Shown: positions 45,604 through 56,600 of the stretch, one piece after another
How positions within the stretch are numbered: position 1 is the first letter of the stretch
Layout: every line of letters starts with the position of its first letter
DNA from: a virus
Lineage: Duplodnaviria; Caudoviricetes
Virus record (IMG/VR): IMGVR_UViG_3300016657_000022
Location: 9,512 to 73,511 of that record
Direction: 5' to 3' (one strand)
DNA: 64,000 nucleotides
Translations under genes and position numbers: made by a program
Notes under the pieces: model-generated
What the model was told of the DNA's origin: nothing
The model's input: the letters and a program-made list of their open reading frames with translations, nothing else
The model's database searches: none

Positions 45604-47580
45604 ATGGCCCAGCTCACTTGGCGGGAACTTTCCGCCCCGGACTTTAGCTCCAGCCTTCGTGGCACCGAGCTGTTTGCGAACCTGCTCAACCGGGCCACCT
45701 CTGGTCTGGAAGCGGGTGTGGAGGCGTTCGACCAGAGCCGGACGGACCGTGTGAACAACGATCTGGCCCTGCGAATTGCAGGTGCCACGGATCCAGAAGC
45801 TGCCAAGGCACTCGCTGCCGGTCTGGCTACGGATCCGAATGCTCGTCGTATCACGGCCCAGTCTGCTGCACTTGCTGCTGCCCGTCCCGGCCAGCTTATC
45901 GCTCAGGCTGCTCAGGAGCAGAACCTGACGGATATGCAGCGTGCATCGGCTCAGGGCATTGCTGCTGATGCTCTGGCGTCGGATCAGGCCCGAGCACAGG
46001 CTGCCCGCTTTGCAGGCAAGCCCGATCTGGCACTGGAAGCCAGCATCAATGATCGTCTGGGATCGGTCGGTTTCAAGACTGCCGGTGCCATCACTGATGC
46101 ACTTCAGCAGGCAGAGACCCGTGGTCTCGGCAATGATGCCACTCGTCTTGGTATGGACAATACCCGACTGGGTATGGAGCAGACTCGCCAGAACATGGAG
46201 TTCGCTCGTGACACCCATAACTGGGAGGTCAGCGACCGTAACGACATGAAGGCCGGTCAGAATGCCTTCCTTGCGATGCAGGGCATGGCCACTTCGCCGG
46301 AGTCGGCTCTCGCTGCCTTCTCGGATGGTCAGTTCGCCAGCCTGTCGCCGGGTGCGAAGATGTACGCCCTTCAGCAGCTCAACCAGAGCTGGGGCAACAT
46401 CTACCAGCCGCAGCAGCTTGCTGGTGTAGCAGGCTTCTCTGGTTCGCCTGCCGGTGGCGGCAATGGCTTCACCATGCAGGTGGGTGGTGCTCAGCTTCCC
46501 TCGTCGGTTCGTACCATCGGGGATGCTGTGAACTACGGGGAGAACGTCCTTATCCCGCAGACCCGGAACAGTGCCCAGTACGGTCTTCAGGGCACCGGCA
46601 AGGGAACCAGTGCGATGGGGGCGTATCAGATCGTCTCCTCGACGCTGAAAGCGGTTGCCCCCAAGGTGTTCGGTGCTGATTGGAAAAATCAGGACTTCAC
46701 CAACCCGCAGGTGCAGGATCGTCTGGCTGAACGGATCTTCAACGACAACAAGGGTTCGGCTGCTTCGCTCCGTGCCCAGTGGCAGTCGCTGTCTCCTGCT
46801 CAGGCACAGGCACTGGTCGGCAAGTCGTGGGCACAGGCTCGGGACATCATCTCCCGTGGCGAGACTGGCACGTCTGCTTCTTCGATCCTTGCATCGACGA
46901 CGGGTGCCCAGCTTCGTCAGGCTCAGGACAATGCTCCGAAGTCGAATGCTGGTGCTTTAATCGACGCTGCTGTGTCCGGCTCGAACAATCCCCGTGAGGT
47001 GGTCAGCCAGCTTCAGGCCGGTGCATTCAAGGGCACGAACACCCAGTTCCTGCACAGCCAGCTCGATGACATTGTTCGTCGTGGTGGTGGAAAGATCACC
47101 TATGGTCAGGCCGGTGTGATCCTGAATGATGCTCTCCGTGAGAACAACGACTCGTGGGGTGTGACCAACTGGCTGATAGGCAACTCGGCTCGGGTGAACC
47201 GGAATGGCGACCGTATCAACGGCCAGTACGTCACCAACGAGATCGAGCGTGCCCGTAGTGGTGGTCTGGTGCAAGATGCTGCCCGTCAGGGTGATGTCAC
47301 CACGGGCATCCAGACGCTTCAGGCCGCCCAGCAGGCACAGGCTGCTGCTCAGGCCGAGTACCAGCAGACTGCTCAGCGTGTGGCAGTTCAGCCGGGTGCA
47401 GCCGCACAGCTTCCCCGCCTCAAGGCAAAGCTGGATGCTGCCAATGCTGCGGTCATCCGGGCACAAGGTAATGTGGAGAGGATTGCTGCTCCCCAGCCTG
47501 TGGCCACGACCCGAGGTCAGCCGGAAGGCGGCAGCTTCACCGATCAGCTCCGAAGCATGTTCGTTCTTCGTCGAAACTGA
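45604..47580 (+). CDS. N4 gp51-like ejection protein with lambda-lysozyme-like domain
   Basis: MAQLTWR.L.APD start; TSAMGAYQIVSSTLK...DF.NP.VQD.LA motif. Confidence 0.7.
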   Translation: MAQLTWRELSAPDFSSSLRGTELFANLLNRATSGLEAGVEAFDQSRTDRVNNDLALRIAGATDPEAAKALAAGLATDPNARRITAQSAALAAARPGQLIAQAAQEQNLTDMQRASAQGIAADALASDQARAQAARFAGKPDLALEASINDRLGSVGFKTAGAITDALQQAETRGLGNDATRLGMDNTRLGMEQTRQNMEFARDTHNWEVSDRNDMKAGQNAFLAMQGMATSPESALAAFSDGQFASLSPGAKMYALQQLNQSWGNIYQPQQLAGVAGFSGSPAGGGNGFTMQVGGAQLPSSVRTIGDAVNYGENVLIPQTRNSAQYGLQGTGKGTSAMGAYQIVSSTLKAVAPKVFGADWKNQDFTNPQVQDRLAERIFNDNKGSAASLRAQWQSLSPAQAQALVGKSWAQARDIISRGETGTSASSILASTTGAQLRQAQDNAPKSNAGALIDAAVSGSNNPREVVSQLQAGAFKGTNTQFLHSQLDDIVRRGGGKITYGQAGVILNDALRENNDSWGVTNWLIGNSARVNRNGDRINGQYVTNEIERARSGGLVQDAARQGDVTTGIQTLQAAQQAQAAAQAEYQQTAQRVAVQPGAAAQLPRLKAKLDAANAAVIRAQGNVERIAAPQPVATTRGQPEGGSFTDQLRSMFVLRRN

Positions 47581-47617
47581 AAAAGAAAACCCCCGATTGA
47601 AAGATAGGGGGTTTTTG
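47580..47617. terminator. terminator before vRNAP
   Basis: AAAACCCCC...GGGGGTTTTT, A- and T-tract flanked. Confidence 0.7.
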
Positions 47618-47654
47618 ATATGACGGCACCTCAACCATGCGAGGAAGGTGCCTC

Positions 47655-50600
47655 ATGGCTAGTCGTTATCAGGACTTGCTGAATATCTATACGCAGTCCA
47701 ATCCCATTCTGAATACGAAGCTGTTTGACACGTCTGACATGGCTCAGACCAAGGCAGCGGAGGTAGAACGGGCATCGGCAGCCAAGCAGGCAGAAGCCAA
47801 TGGTAGCCCGGACGGCTACAACCTCGCTACCATGCGTGCCACTGGTTCCGGCGTAGCATCGGCAAAGCCGATTGATCGTGACTATGTGACGCTCTCCCCT
47901 TTCCAATTTGAGCTGAAGTACGGTGCTGACACCCGTGCCCAGTATGCTGCTGCTGAAGCGTCCGGCGAGTCGGCACGTCGTGCAGGCACTCAGGGAACCC
48001 GTGACGGCTATCAGATCGCCGGGGACTCGGCCAATTCGGCTCTGATGGGCTTTGCCAATGCCTTTGGTGGCATCGGTGCTCTCGCCACTGGCCTTGTCAG
48101 CGATGATGCCGGTGCATGGGTCAGCACCAAGTTGGGCCAGCTCAACCAGTTCAGTCAGAGCCTTCAGTCTCGTGAGCTGAACGCCAGCCGGGCCGCCTAC
48201 GGTTCCCAGAACGAGCTGGATGCTGCCGACAACAAGGCTGAGGCTGCACAGGTCACGAAGGACTACGGCAAGATTGCCGGTGGCACCTACCGTTTCCTGA
48301 ACGACGCCTATGACAGTTTGGGCAATGCCCTCAAGGATCCGAACATGGCAGCCGATACGGTTGCCTCCGGTGTCGGCTCGTTGTTTGCTGGTGGTCCTCT
48401 GTCGAAGGGTCTTCGGGCCATTGGCACGGCTACCATCGGTCGGTTGGGTGCTTCGGAGGCCATTGCTGCTGCTGCCAGCCGTGCATCGACGGGGCGGTTC
48501 CTCGGTACGAGTGACCGTCTGCTCCTGAGCACGGCTGAACATGCTCCGATGACGGCTGCCATTGGTCTGATGGAAGGTGGTGGTGCCTACCAGCAGACGG
48601 TAGACCAGTCTTATCAGGAACTGATTGCTCAGGGTGTCGCCCCGGAAGAGGCCGCACGTCGGGCCAATGCTGCCGGTCTGGAAGCTGCTGCCATCCAGAC
48701 GCCGATTGCTGCCGCCACTGGCCGACTGGTCAGCAAGTTCGAGGGGCATCCCACCCGAGTCGGATCGCTGTCCAGTGCTGCTGGCAACATGATCCGTGAG
48801 ACGGTGGAGGAAACTGCCCAGTCTGCTGCCGGTCAGGTGGCCCAGAATGTGGGTATGCGTGACAACGTGAACCCCAATCAGGATCTGCTGGAAGGCGTCG
48901 GTGAACAGGCTGCCCTTGGTGGTCTGGGTGGCCTTGGTTCCGCTGGGCTTGCTCAGGCTCCGGGTGTCACTTTCCGTGCTTCGGTGGAGACGGCCAAGCT
49001 GCCGTTTAAGGCTCTCGGTGCTGGCCTGAAGTATCAGGCTGATCGAGTCCGGGCCAACAACCAGAAGGTGCAGGACCAGCTCCTGTCGGGTCTCTACGAT
49101 CAGGCCGATCAGGCTGTGCCCGATGCACAGGCCGAGATGGAACAGGTCATCGCCAATGCCAACCCGTCTGTGTCCGGGGATCTCGGTCGCTGGGCTGGTG
49201 AGCAGGTGAACCGTCTCCAGCAGTCGAAGGCTATTCAGGCTGCTGCCCAGACGGTCATGGCCAAGGGCGGTGCCGTCAAAGACAAGCTGGCGTCCTACTT
49301 CCAAGTCCGTGATGGCGTGCAGGAAATGCAGGCTGCTCAGGATGAGGCCACCCCGGCTGGTGCCGAGAACACGACCATGCAGAGCATCAAGGATGCTGCG
49401 GTCAATGTCACCCAGTCTCAGGCTGTTCAGGACTCGCTCGCCAAGGGCAAGTTGATGGTCAAGTCGGCTGCTTCGGTGGTCAATGCCAATGTGCGTGCTG
49501 CCCTCAGTCGTATGACGGCCACCCAGAACAACACCCCCGACAGTGAGGGTGCTGCGAACCTGAACGATCAGGCTCAGGTGATGGCTGGTATTGCTGCCGA
49601 CGCGCCGGAATTGGTGGATACCAAGGCTGCCGAGCAGGTTCTGTATCATGACAGTCAGGGCACCATTGCCCTGAGTGCTCCTCAGCGTAATGCCCTGCGT
49701 ACCGCTGTGGCAGCGGGTAAGGCTGCCCAGTCGGGATCGGAACTGGCTTCGACCTTTGGTCTAGCTGACGCTGATGCGGTGAGCCGTCAGGTTCTGACGG
49801 ATAAGCCCAAGGAAGGCAGCAACCTTTCGCTGAATGGCCATCTTCAGGGGATTGCTTCGGCGTACAACTCGGGTGATCTCCAGCTCGCTTCCCAGCGTCT
49901 GACTGACCTTCGCCGCTTTGCTCAGCACCTGAGCAACAAGGTGGTCTCGTTCAATGATGCTCTGGCCGGGGGGAACACGAACGAGAATAACGCAGTCTCG
50001 TTCCCTGCACTGGTGAACGGTCGCTTCATCCCCGACAGCGGAAAGACCTACTTCCAGCCCCGGAGTGCTCGCTCCGTCCAGTTGGCTCAAGAGGTCGCCG
50101 TACAGGCCCGAACGGTCGCTGACGCGGTGAACAACCTGAGTGACGCTTTCCCCGATCTGGGCATCGAACATATTGAGCCTGCCGTTCTTGACGCCTCTCT
50201 GTCTGGAAAGGCGGAAACCGTTGCGAATGAATACCGCAATGGTCAGCGTACCGTTCCCAACAGCGAGACGAAGGGTGTCCAATCCGAGACGGCGGAACCT
50301 GCACAGGCATCTGAGGTCGCCGAACCGGAAGCTGCACCTGTAGAAGAACAGGCTGCAACTGACTCGCAGCTTAACGCAGATCAGATCACAAGTGAACAGT
50401 CTGATGCACCCGTCGCAAATGAAGCACAGGTGCAAGACGAACCGACTGTAACTTCAGAGGAAGTGCCTTCGGCTGAACCAGTGGAAGAGACTGCTCCCGC
50501 TGCGAAGACGGAACAGGCTGCACCGGAAGCTGCGTCGGAGACTGCTCCTGCTGAGGCTCCTCGCTTTGGTGGGACCGAAAACCGTATTAGCAAGGCATTC

Positions 50601-53600
50601 CGTGCCGCCAAGACGGCTACTAGCCGGATCATGGACAGTGACTCACCGCTCCAGACGATCCGTGATGCCTTCAAAAGTAAGGAAGCTCTGGAAGAACTGA
50701 TCGGCTCGAAGCTGAACCGTGGCTATTCGGTCGAGGTTTCCAAGGCGTACACCAACTTCCTGAAGCTGGGTGATGGTCTAAAGACCATCATGGAAGAGCG
50801 TCTTCAGTCTGCACTGAAGGCGAAGCTCGACCGTGGGCTGAAGCCGGAAGATATGGTGAACTTCCTTGAGGGTGGTGCTCTCAATGCTGTGATCCAGAAC
50901 GAGGACGGTTCGTACTCGTATGATCCCAAGCTGCTAGAGGCTGCTACTCTGGCCGGTCTTCAGTGGTATCTGAAGATGAACAAGAACGGCACCCAGCTCG
51001 ACGATAACGATATTCGTCAGATGTATGGCCTGTCGGACACCGTTCCTCTGCCGGATGGTCTGGCCGCCATGCTCAGTGAAGGTATGGGCGACACGGAAGT
51101 GTCTCGCTCGCTTGCTGCCGAGATCGGTCGTTTCTGGGGCATGGACATCAATCCGAATGCTCCGGCCAACTATGCCCAGTCTGCTCTTGAGGGCATGGCC
51201 AAGGAACTCATCGAGTCGATGGTTGCCGGTGGCCTGATCCAAGAGACGCAGGTGGACACCAAGGATGTCCTGAACGTCCCGCACGTCAGCCGGTACAGCC
51301 CGGTCCTGACGGAAGAGGTGGCCCGTGCTGATGGCTCGACCTACACCAAGCGTAAGGGTCCGGCTCTGGATGAGACGACTCTGGCTGGTCTTCGCCAGTT
51401 CCCGGCTGCCATCGAGAAGGCTGCCCTGATCGACGGTGAGGAAGTCAACTACGTCGGGGAGAAGCCGGGAGACCGCAACTCGAAGACCCAGCTTCGCAAT
51501 CCGATGGTGGAGACGACTGACCAGCAGCGTCAGGTCATTGCCAAAGAACAGGCAACCGAGCACCGTATGAACATGCCCTTCGTGGGTATGCTGACCCGTC
51601 TTGGTGAGGGCCTCACCATGCGTCTGTTCGGTGGTGGGGACACCAACGGTCCCCTGAACGTCAATGATCGTCGTTCACTGGAAGGCCGTAACCTGACGAT
51701 GCAGTCGGCTTTCCGGTCGATCTTCAATCTGATGGCTGAAGTCCAGAACCGCTCGGATCTGGATAAGGTGGACCCGGCTGAGATGCCGGTGTTCTTCGAC
51801 TACGCCTACACGGTCGTGAACCGTCTCCAGATGCTGGGCAAGGACAACCCGCAGAGCAACAAGCTCATGCGTGAAGCCGTCCTACCGACGTGGAAGGAGA
51901 TGGACCTCACTAACCCGGATATGCGTCTGGCCTTTTCCATGGGTCTGGCTCAGGCACTGGGCATCAAGGTTCATCAGAATAGCCAGCAGCAGACGCTGAA
52001 GGATTTGACCGAGAAGCTCGCTCAGTTCCCGAAGACGTTGGAGCTGCTCCGTGATGATGGGGAGCTGTCGGAAGCCGATGTCGATACGATGAAGGCTGAA
52101 GGTGTGGACAGCCCTGTGGCTCTGCACGCTCTGATGGAATACGCCCGTCTGACCGACACTGCCCCGACTGACCGTAAGGCATTCCGTTCGGCTCTCTATT
52201 TCGAGGCTGACGGCGTGACGAACGGTGTGGTCAACGCGATGTCGCTGTTCAGCTCGAAGGATTTTACTGACACTTGGTTGTCGAACATCGAGCGTGGTGG
52301 TCTCTGGATCGGTGAGCAGGCGGCATCGCTGTTCAATCTCCGTAGCCGTGGCAACGGAAACGAGCTGGATCTCTATGGTGTGGCGGCGTCGAACACCTCC
52401 AACTACCTGACCGATCTGCTTCGCCGGAATGCTTCGGACCCGGCTGTGTCGGCCAAGCTCACGATGGTGAATGCCTTCCTTGTCCAGTACCTGAAGGGCG
52501 TGGACATGGATGGGGACAAGCTCCTCCTGAAGCGTGACGTAGTGAAGAACCCGCTGACGATCACCGTCTATGGTTCGGGCACCAATGGCATTGCCGGGAA
52601 CCTGATGGATGAGGCCCTGTCCAAGCTGTACTCGGATCTGTCGGCTGCTGCTGGCCGGATGGCTGGTGACAAGAACCTGTCGCTGGCCGAGGCGATGTTC
52701 CCTGAGATGAGCAAGGCTGAGGCAACCCAGTCGCTCAAGGGGCTGGAAGCCTTGCTCTCGCAGCTCACTGGTTCCACGCTGGGCGTGTCGGAGAAGAGCC
52801 TCTACAACGAGGAGAACTCCAATCCCAATGTGACCATTGCTGATCCGGTCGAGTTCACTCTGTCGTCTGCCCAGAAGCAAGCGATGCAGAAGAACATCCT
52901 GCACGCTTTTGCTGAACCGATGGTGCAGGGCATTACCCAAACTGTGGGTGCTGACCTCATCGATAGCATGGGCACGATCAAGACCCAGACGCAGGCTTGG
53001 TCTCTGGTCGGACAGTTCATGTTCCAGAACGAGTACGAGAAGGCCCTCGCTGCAAAGCGTAAGGCCAACCCGAACATGAACTCGTATGAGCTTCTGTCCC
53101 AATCTGAGACAGACGCCATCATGAAGAAGATCTCGGCTGACCTGCCCAGCTTTGGGACCGGCACCCAGAACTTCATGTTCGGGATGAAGCAGCGTCTCGA
53201 TCTGCCCTTCATGACCAGTAAGAATGGCAAGCCTCTGAAGCTGGAGTTCAGCCGCTCGCTGACCGACAACATGCAGACTCCAGCGTTCGGCTATATGCCG
53301 GGCGATGCTGGTGTCTCCGGCCAGCCGGGACTGACCATCGGTTCGGGTGACGGACAGGCTGTCCAGAACATCATCATGAACCCGGAGACTCCTGCCGAAC
53401 GTCTTCAGATCTTCGACGGTATCCACTCGTCTGTAGCTGACATGAGCTTGATGGGCCGGGTGTCCAATCAGGGCGTGTACGACTCGTGGGCCAATAACCC
53501 GATGCGTAGTCTGGCCGAGGCGTTCGACACCTTCGTCAAGCAGGTGGACCTGTCCGGTCTGAATGAGCGTCAGCGTACTGCCCTGTTCCGTGCCATCTCT

Positions 53601-56600
53601 GGCCGTCAGGGTATCGACGCTGACACCAATACGCTGATGAGCCTGCTCCGTCGTGAGGCTGCCACGGGTCTGAACAAGGCCAAGGGCATTGATGAGCGTC
53701 AGGCTGTGCTGAAGGTGCTTCAGCTCTCGGTGGACCAGATGGCTGGTGCTGCCACCCCCTACACGCGGGAAGGCATCATCCTCTCTGGTTCACACGCGGA
53801 GCGTGCAGCCCAGCTCAACATCCTGAAGTCTCAGATGGCCAAAGGAGCGGTTCTCAGGGCCACCCAGAGCGAGTCTGCTCCGCAGACGGGCAATGTGGCC
53901 AAGGAAGCCTCAAAGTCTTCTATGGCAGCCCGTGGGGCAGATGTGAAGCTCTTCACGAAGGGCATGGATCGCTACATCACCAAGCTGACTTCGGACCCGA
54001 CGACTCGTGCCCTGCTCCGGGATGTGACTCGTTCGGGTAAGGTCGATGCCTACAAGGTCTGGACCGGCAGCCGTGAGGAGCTGATCCAGCACGCCGCTGA
54101 TATGGGGATCTCGATCCCTGCTGATCGTCAGAAGACGTTCATGGGCTTCACCGATCCGGTGTCGAAGCAGCTCTTCGTTGTGAACGGCAACGCTGAGACC
54201 ATGCTCCATGAGCTGATCCACGCTGCTACCTATGAGACGGTGGCTGCCCACTATGCTGGTGAGAGCGTTGCTTCTGAAGCGGCTGCTGCCATCGAGCGTA
54301 TCGAGCAACTCATGGCCCAGTTCCGTGAGGCTGGCCTTGATGGCGATGCCTACCAGAATGCTTTGGATGAGATGGATCGTCAGGCTGACGCCGGGAACCA
54401 AGCCGCAGAACTAAACGAGTTCATGGCATGGGCACTCAGCAATCAGGATCTGGCCGAGCAGCTCAAGGGCACTCAGGTCGAGAACCGTTATCTGCTGCTG
54501 GCGAAGAAGGCAGTGCAGGCCCTCAAGGCTCTGCTCTGGGGTGGCAAGCGTTCGGCTGCCGTGAAGGATGATGTGTTCACGAACCTCCGGTTCAACACGA
54601 ACATCATCATGCGTGCCGGTCAGTTGTCGGACATGGCCCGTCAGGGTCTGCTGTTCCACGATCCCAGCTTCGGCGACAACCAGCGTGTCTCGGATCTGCT
54701 TGGCAACATCAAGGCCAAAGTCTCCGACTTCGTTGGGGAGGATGCTGTTCGTCGTGTGGTCAACTCGGCACAGGCTCGCCAGAGCCTTGCCAATGGTGCC
54801 CGCATCATGAAGGCGTTCACTGAAGCTGGCTTCGATATGACGAAGCAAGAGCAGATGGCCTTCATGCACATGGTTGGCATCATGGGTACTGCCGCCGATC
54901 TGGACGCTAACTCGACGGCCCGGATGCAGGACATTTACACCCATGCCATCAAGAACCTGAGCTTGGGCGACTTCCTCCAGAACCCCGGTGAAGATGACCC
55001 GGCAGACAACTATCAGGCCAACCGGAAGCTGTCGCTTCTGGCGGGCAAGTTTGCTGCTCGTGAAGATACTTTGGATCGTTCGTCGATCCTGCCTGCCTTC
55101 GTGGCACTGGCCCAGACGAATGATGAGTTCCGGCAGATCCTGTCCAAGATGGATATGCCCAAGGGCCAGTACGAAGCATGGAACTCGGTCGATGGCATTC
55201 TCGACAACCTCGGTGACATCGCCATGGATACTGTGGGCCGGGCTGTGTCTGGTGAAGGTGTCCGGTCTAAAAATGCCCAGCAGGCTCTGGACAATCTGAC
55301 CATGCAGATGCTGGAGACCAACGAAGACGCTGAGTGGTTCATCGAGCGGTTCACGAAGCCTGTTGGCTCGTTCACTGACCGGGTGAATGACGGCCTGACC
55401 AACCTGTTCCAGAAGGCAGGCGAGGGTGCCCAGAACCTTGTGACCAAGGCAAAGAAGGATCCGAACGCCAAGGTTAAGATTGCTCTGGCCCAGACCCTTC
55501 AGACGGTGACGGGTATGCTCCATGAGCAGACTGGGCAGGAGGCATCCATGTCCCTGATGTCGGCTGCCAATCAGTCGAATGGGATTTGGAAGCCCTTCTA
55601 CGATCTGCTCAAGGATCTGATCGGTCGCACGGCTGAGAATGCTGGCGTCTATGATCTCATCAAGCTGGCTCGTTACCATGTATCCAGCCTGCGTCAGCAG
55701 TATGTCGAGAACCTGCCGAACATCATCAACTCGAAGTTCAGCACTCCTCTGACTGCCGAGCAGCAGGGGCATATGCACCGTGGGCTTGCCCAGACGGATC
55801 TCGCATCTATGTTGGTGGGCAACAAGATCGAGGATGTGCTTCGTTGGGTGAAGTCGGCTTCGGCCCGTCAGAGCAAGATCAACGAACTGGCTGATACCAT
55901 TCGTGGTCTGGCCCCCGATCAGGCAAAGCTGATGCTGGCCAAGTCGGATCAGCTCGCTGGCTGGATGGTCTCGAAGTCCACTGGTTCCAATCTGCTCCGC
56001 AACGCGGATGCCATTGCTCATCTGTTGGGTGAGGGTGTTCAGGTTGCTGATCCGACGCCGGAACTGGTGCAAGCCATCGACCACTACGTGTCGATGAAGG
56101 CTCTGGACATGCAGCCGACGAAGACCCGCAACGCTCTGGAGGTTCTGGCCGGGAAGGAGTCCGATGGTCTCAACTTCGTCTTGAACCTGCTGCGTGGTCA
56201 GCGGATGATCGACGATACGAAGGCTGACGGCAATGCCCGGTTTAACCACTACAAGGGCTTCATGACTGCTGCCCCTGCTGATGGTGTGAGCCTGATCGTT
56301 GCCCATGACAATGAGGCTGCCAGCCTGCTGGAGAAGAGCTACGTCCGTGTTGGTGCCTTCAAGGGTTCGGAGAAGGATCCTTCTGGTAAGGGTCGTTCCT
56401 ACTGGATGGCCCCGGTGTCGGGTAAGGCTCCCTACTCGCAGGGCATTGCCCAGAACGTGCAGCAGACGGTTGGTGGTGTGGATCACGCCTCGGGCTTCAC
56501 TCAGGGCCTGACTGGTGGCGTCATCACTGATCCGAAGCTGGTGGCTCGTATCGCCAAGGCGGGAACCAGTGAGACGAATGGGCAGGCTCTGCTCCCGGTC

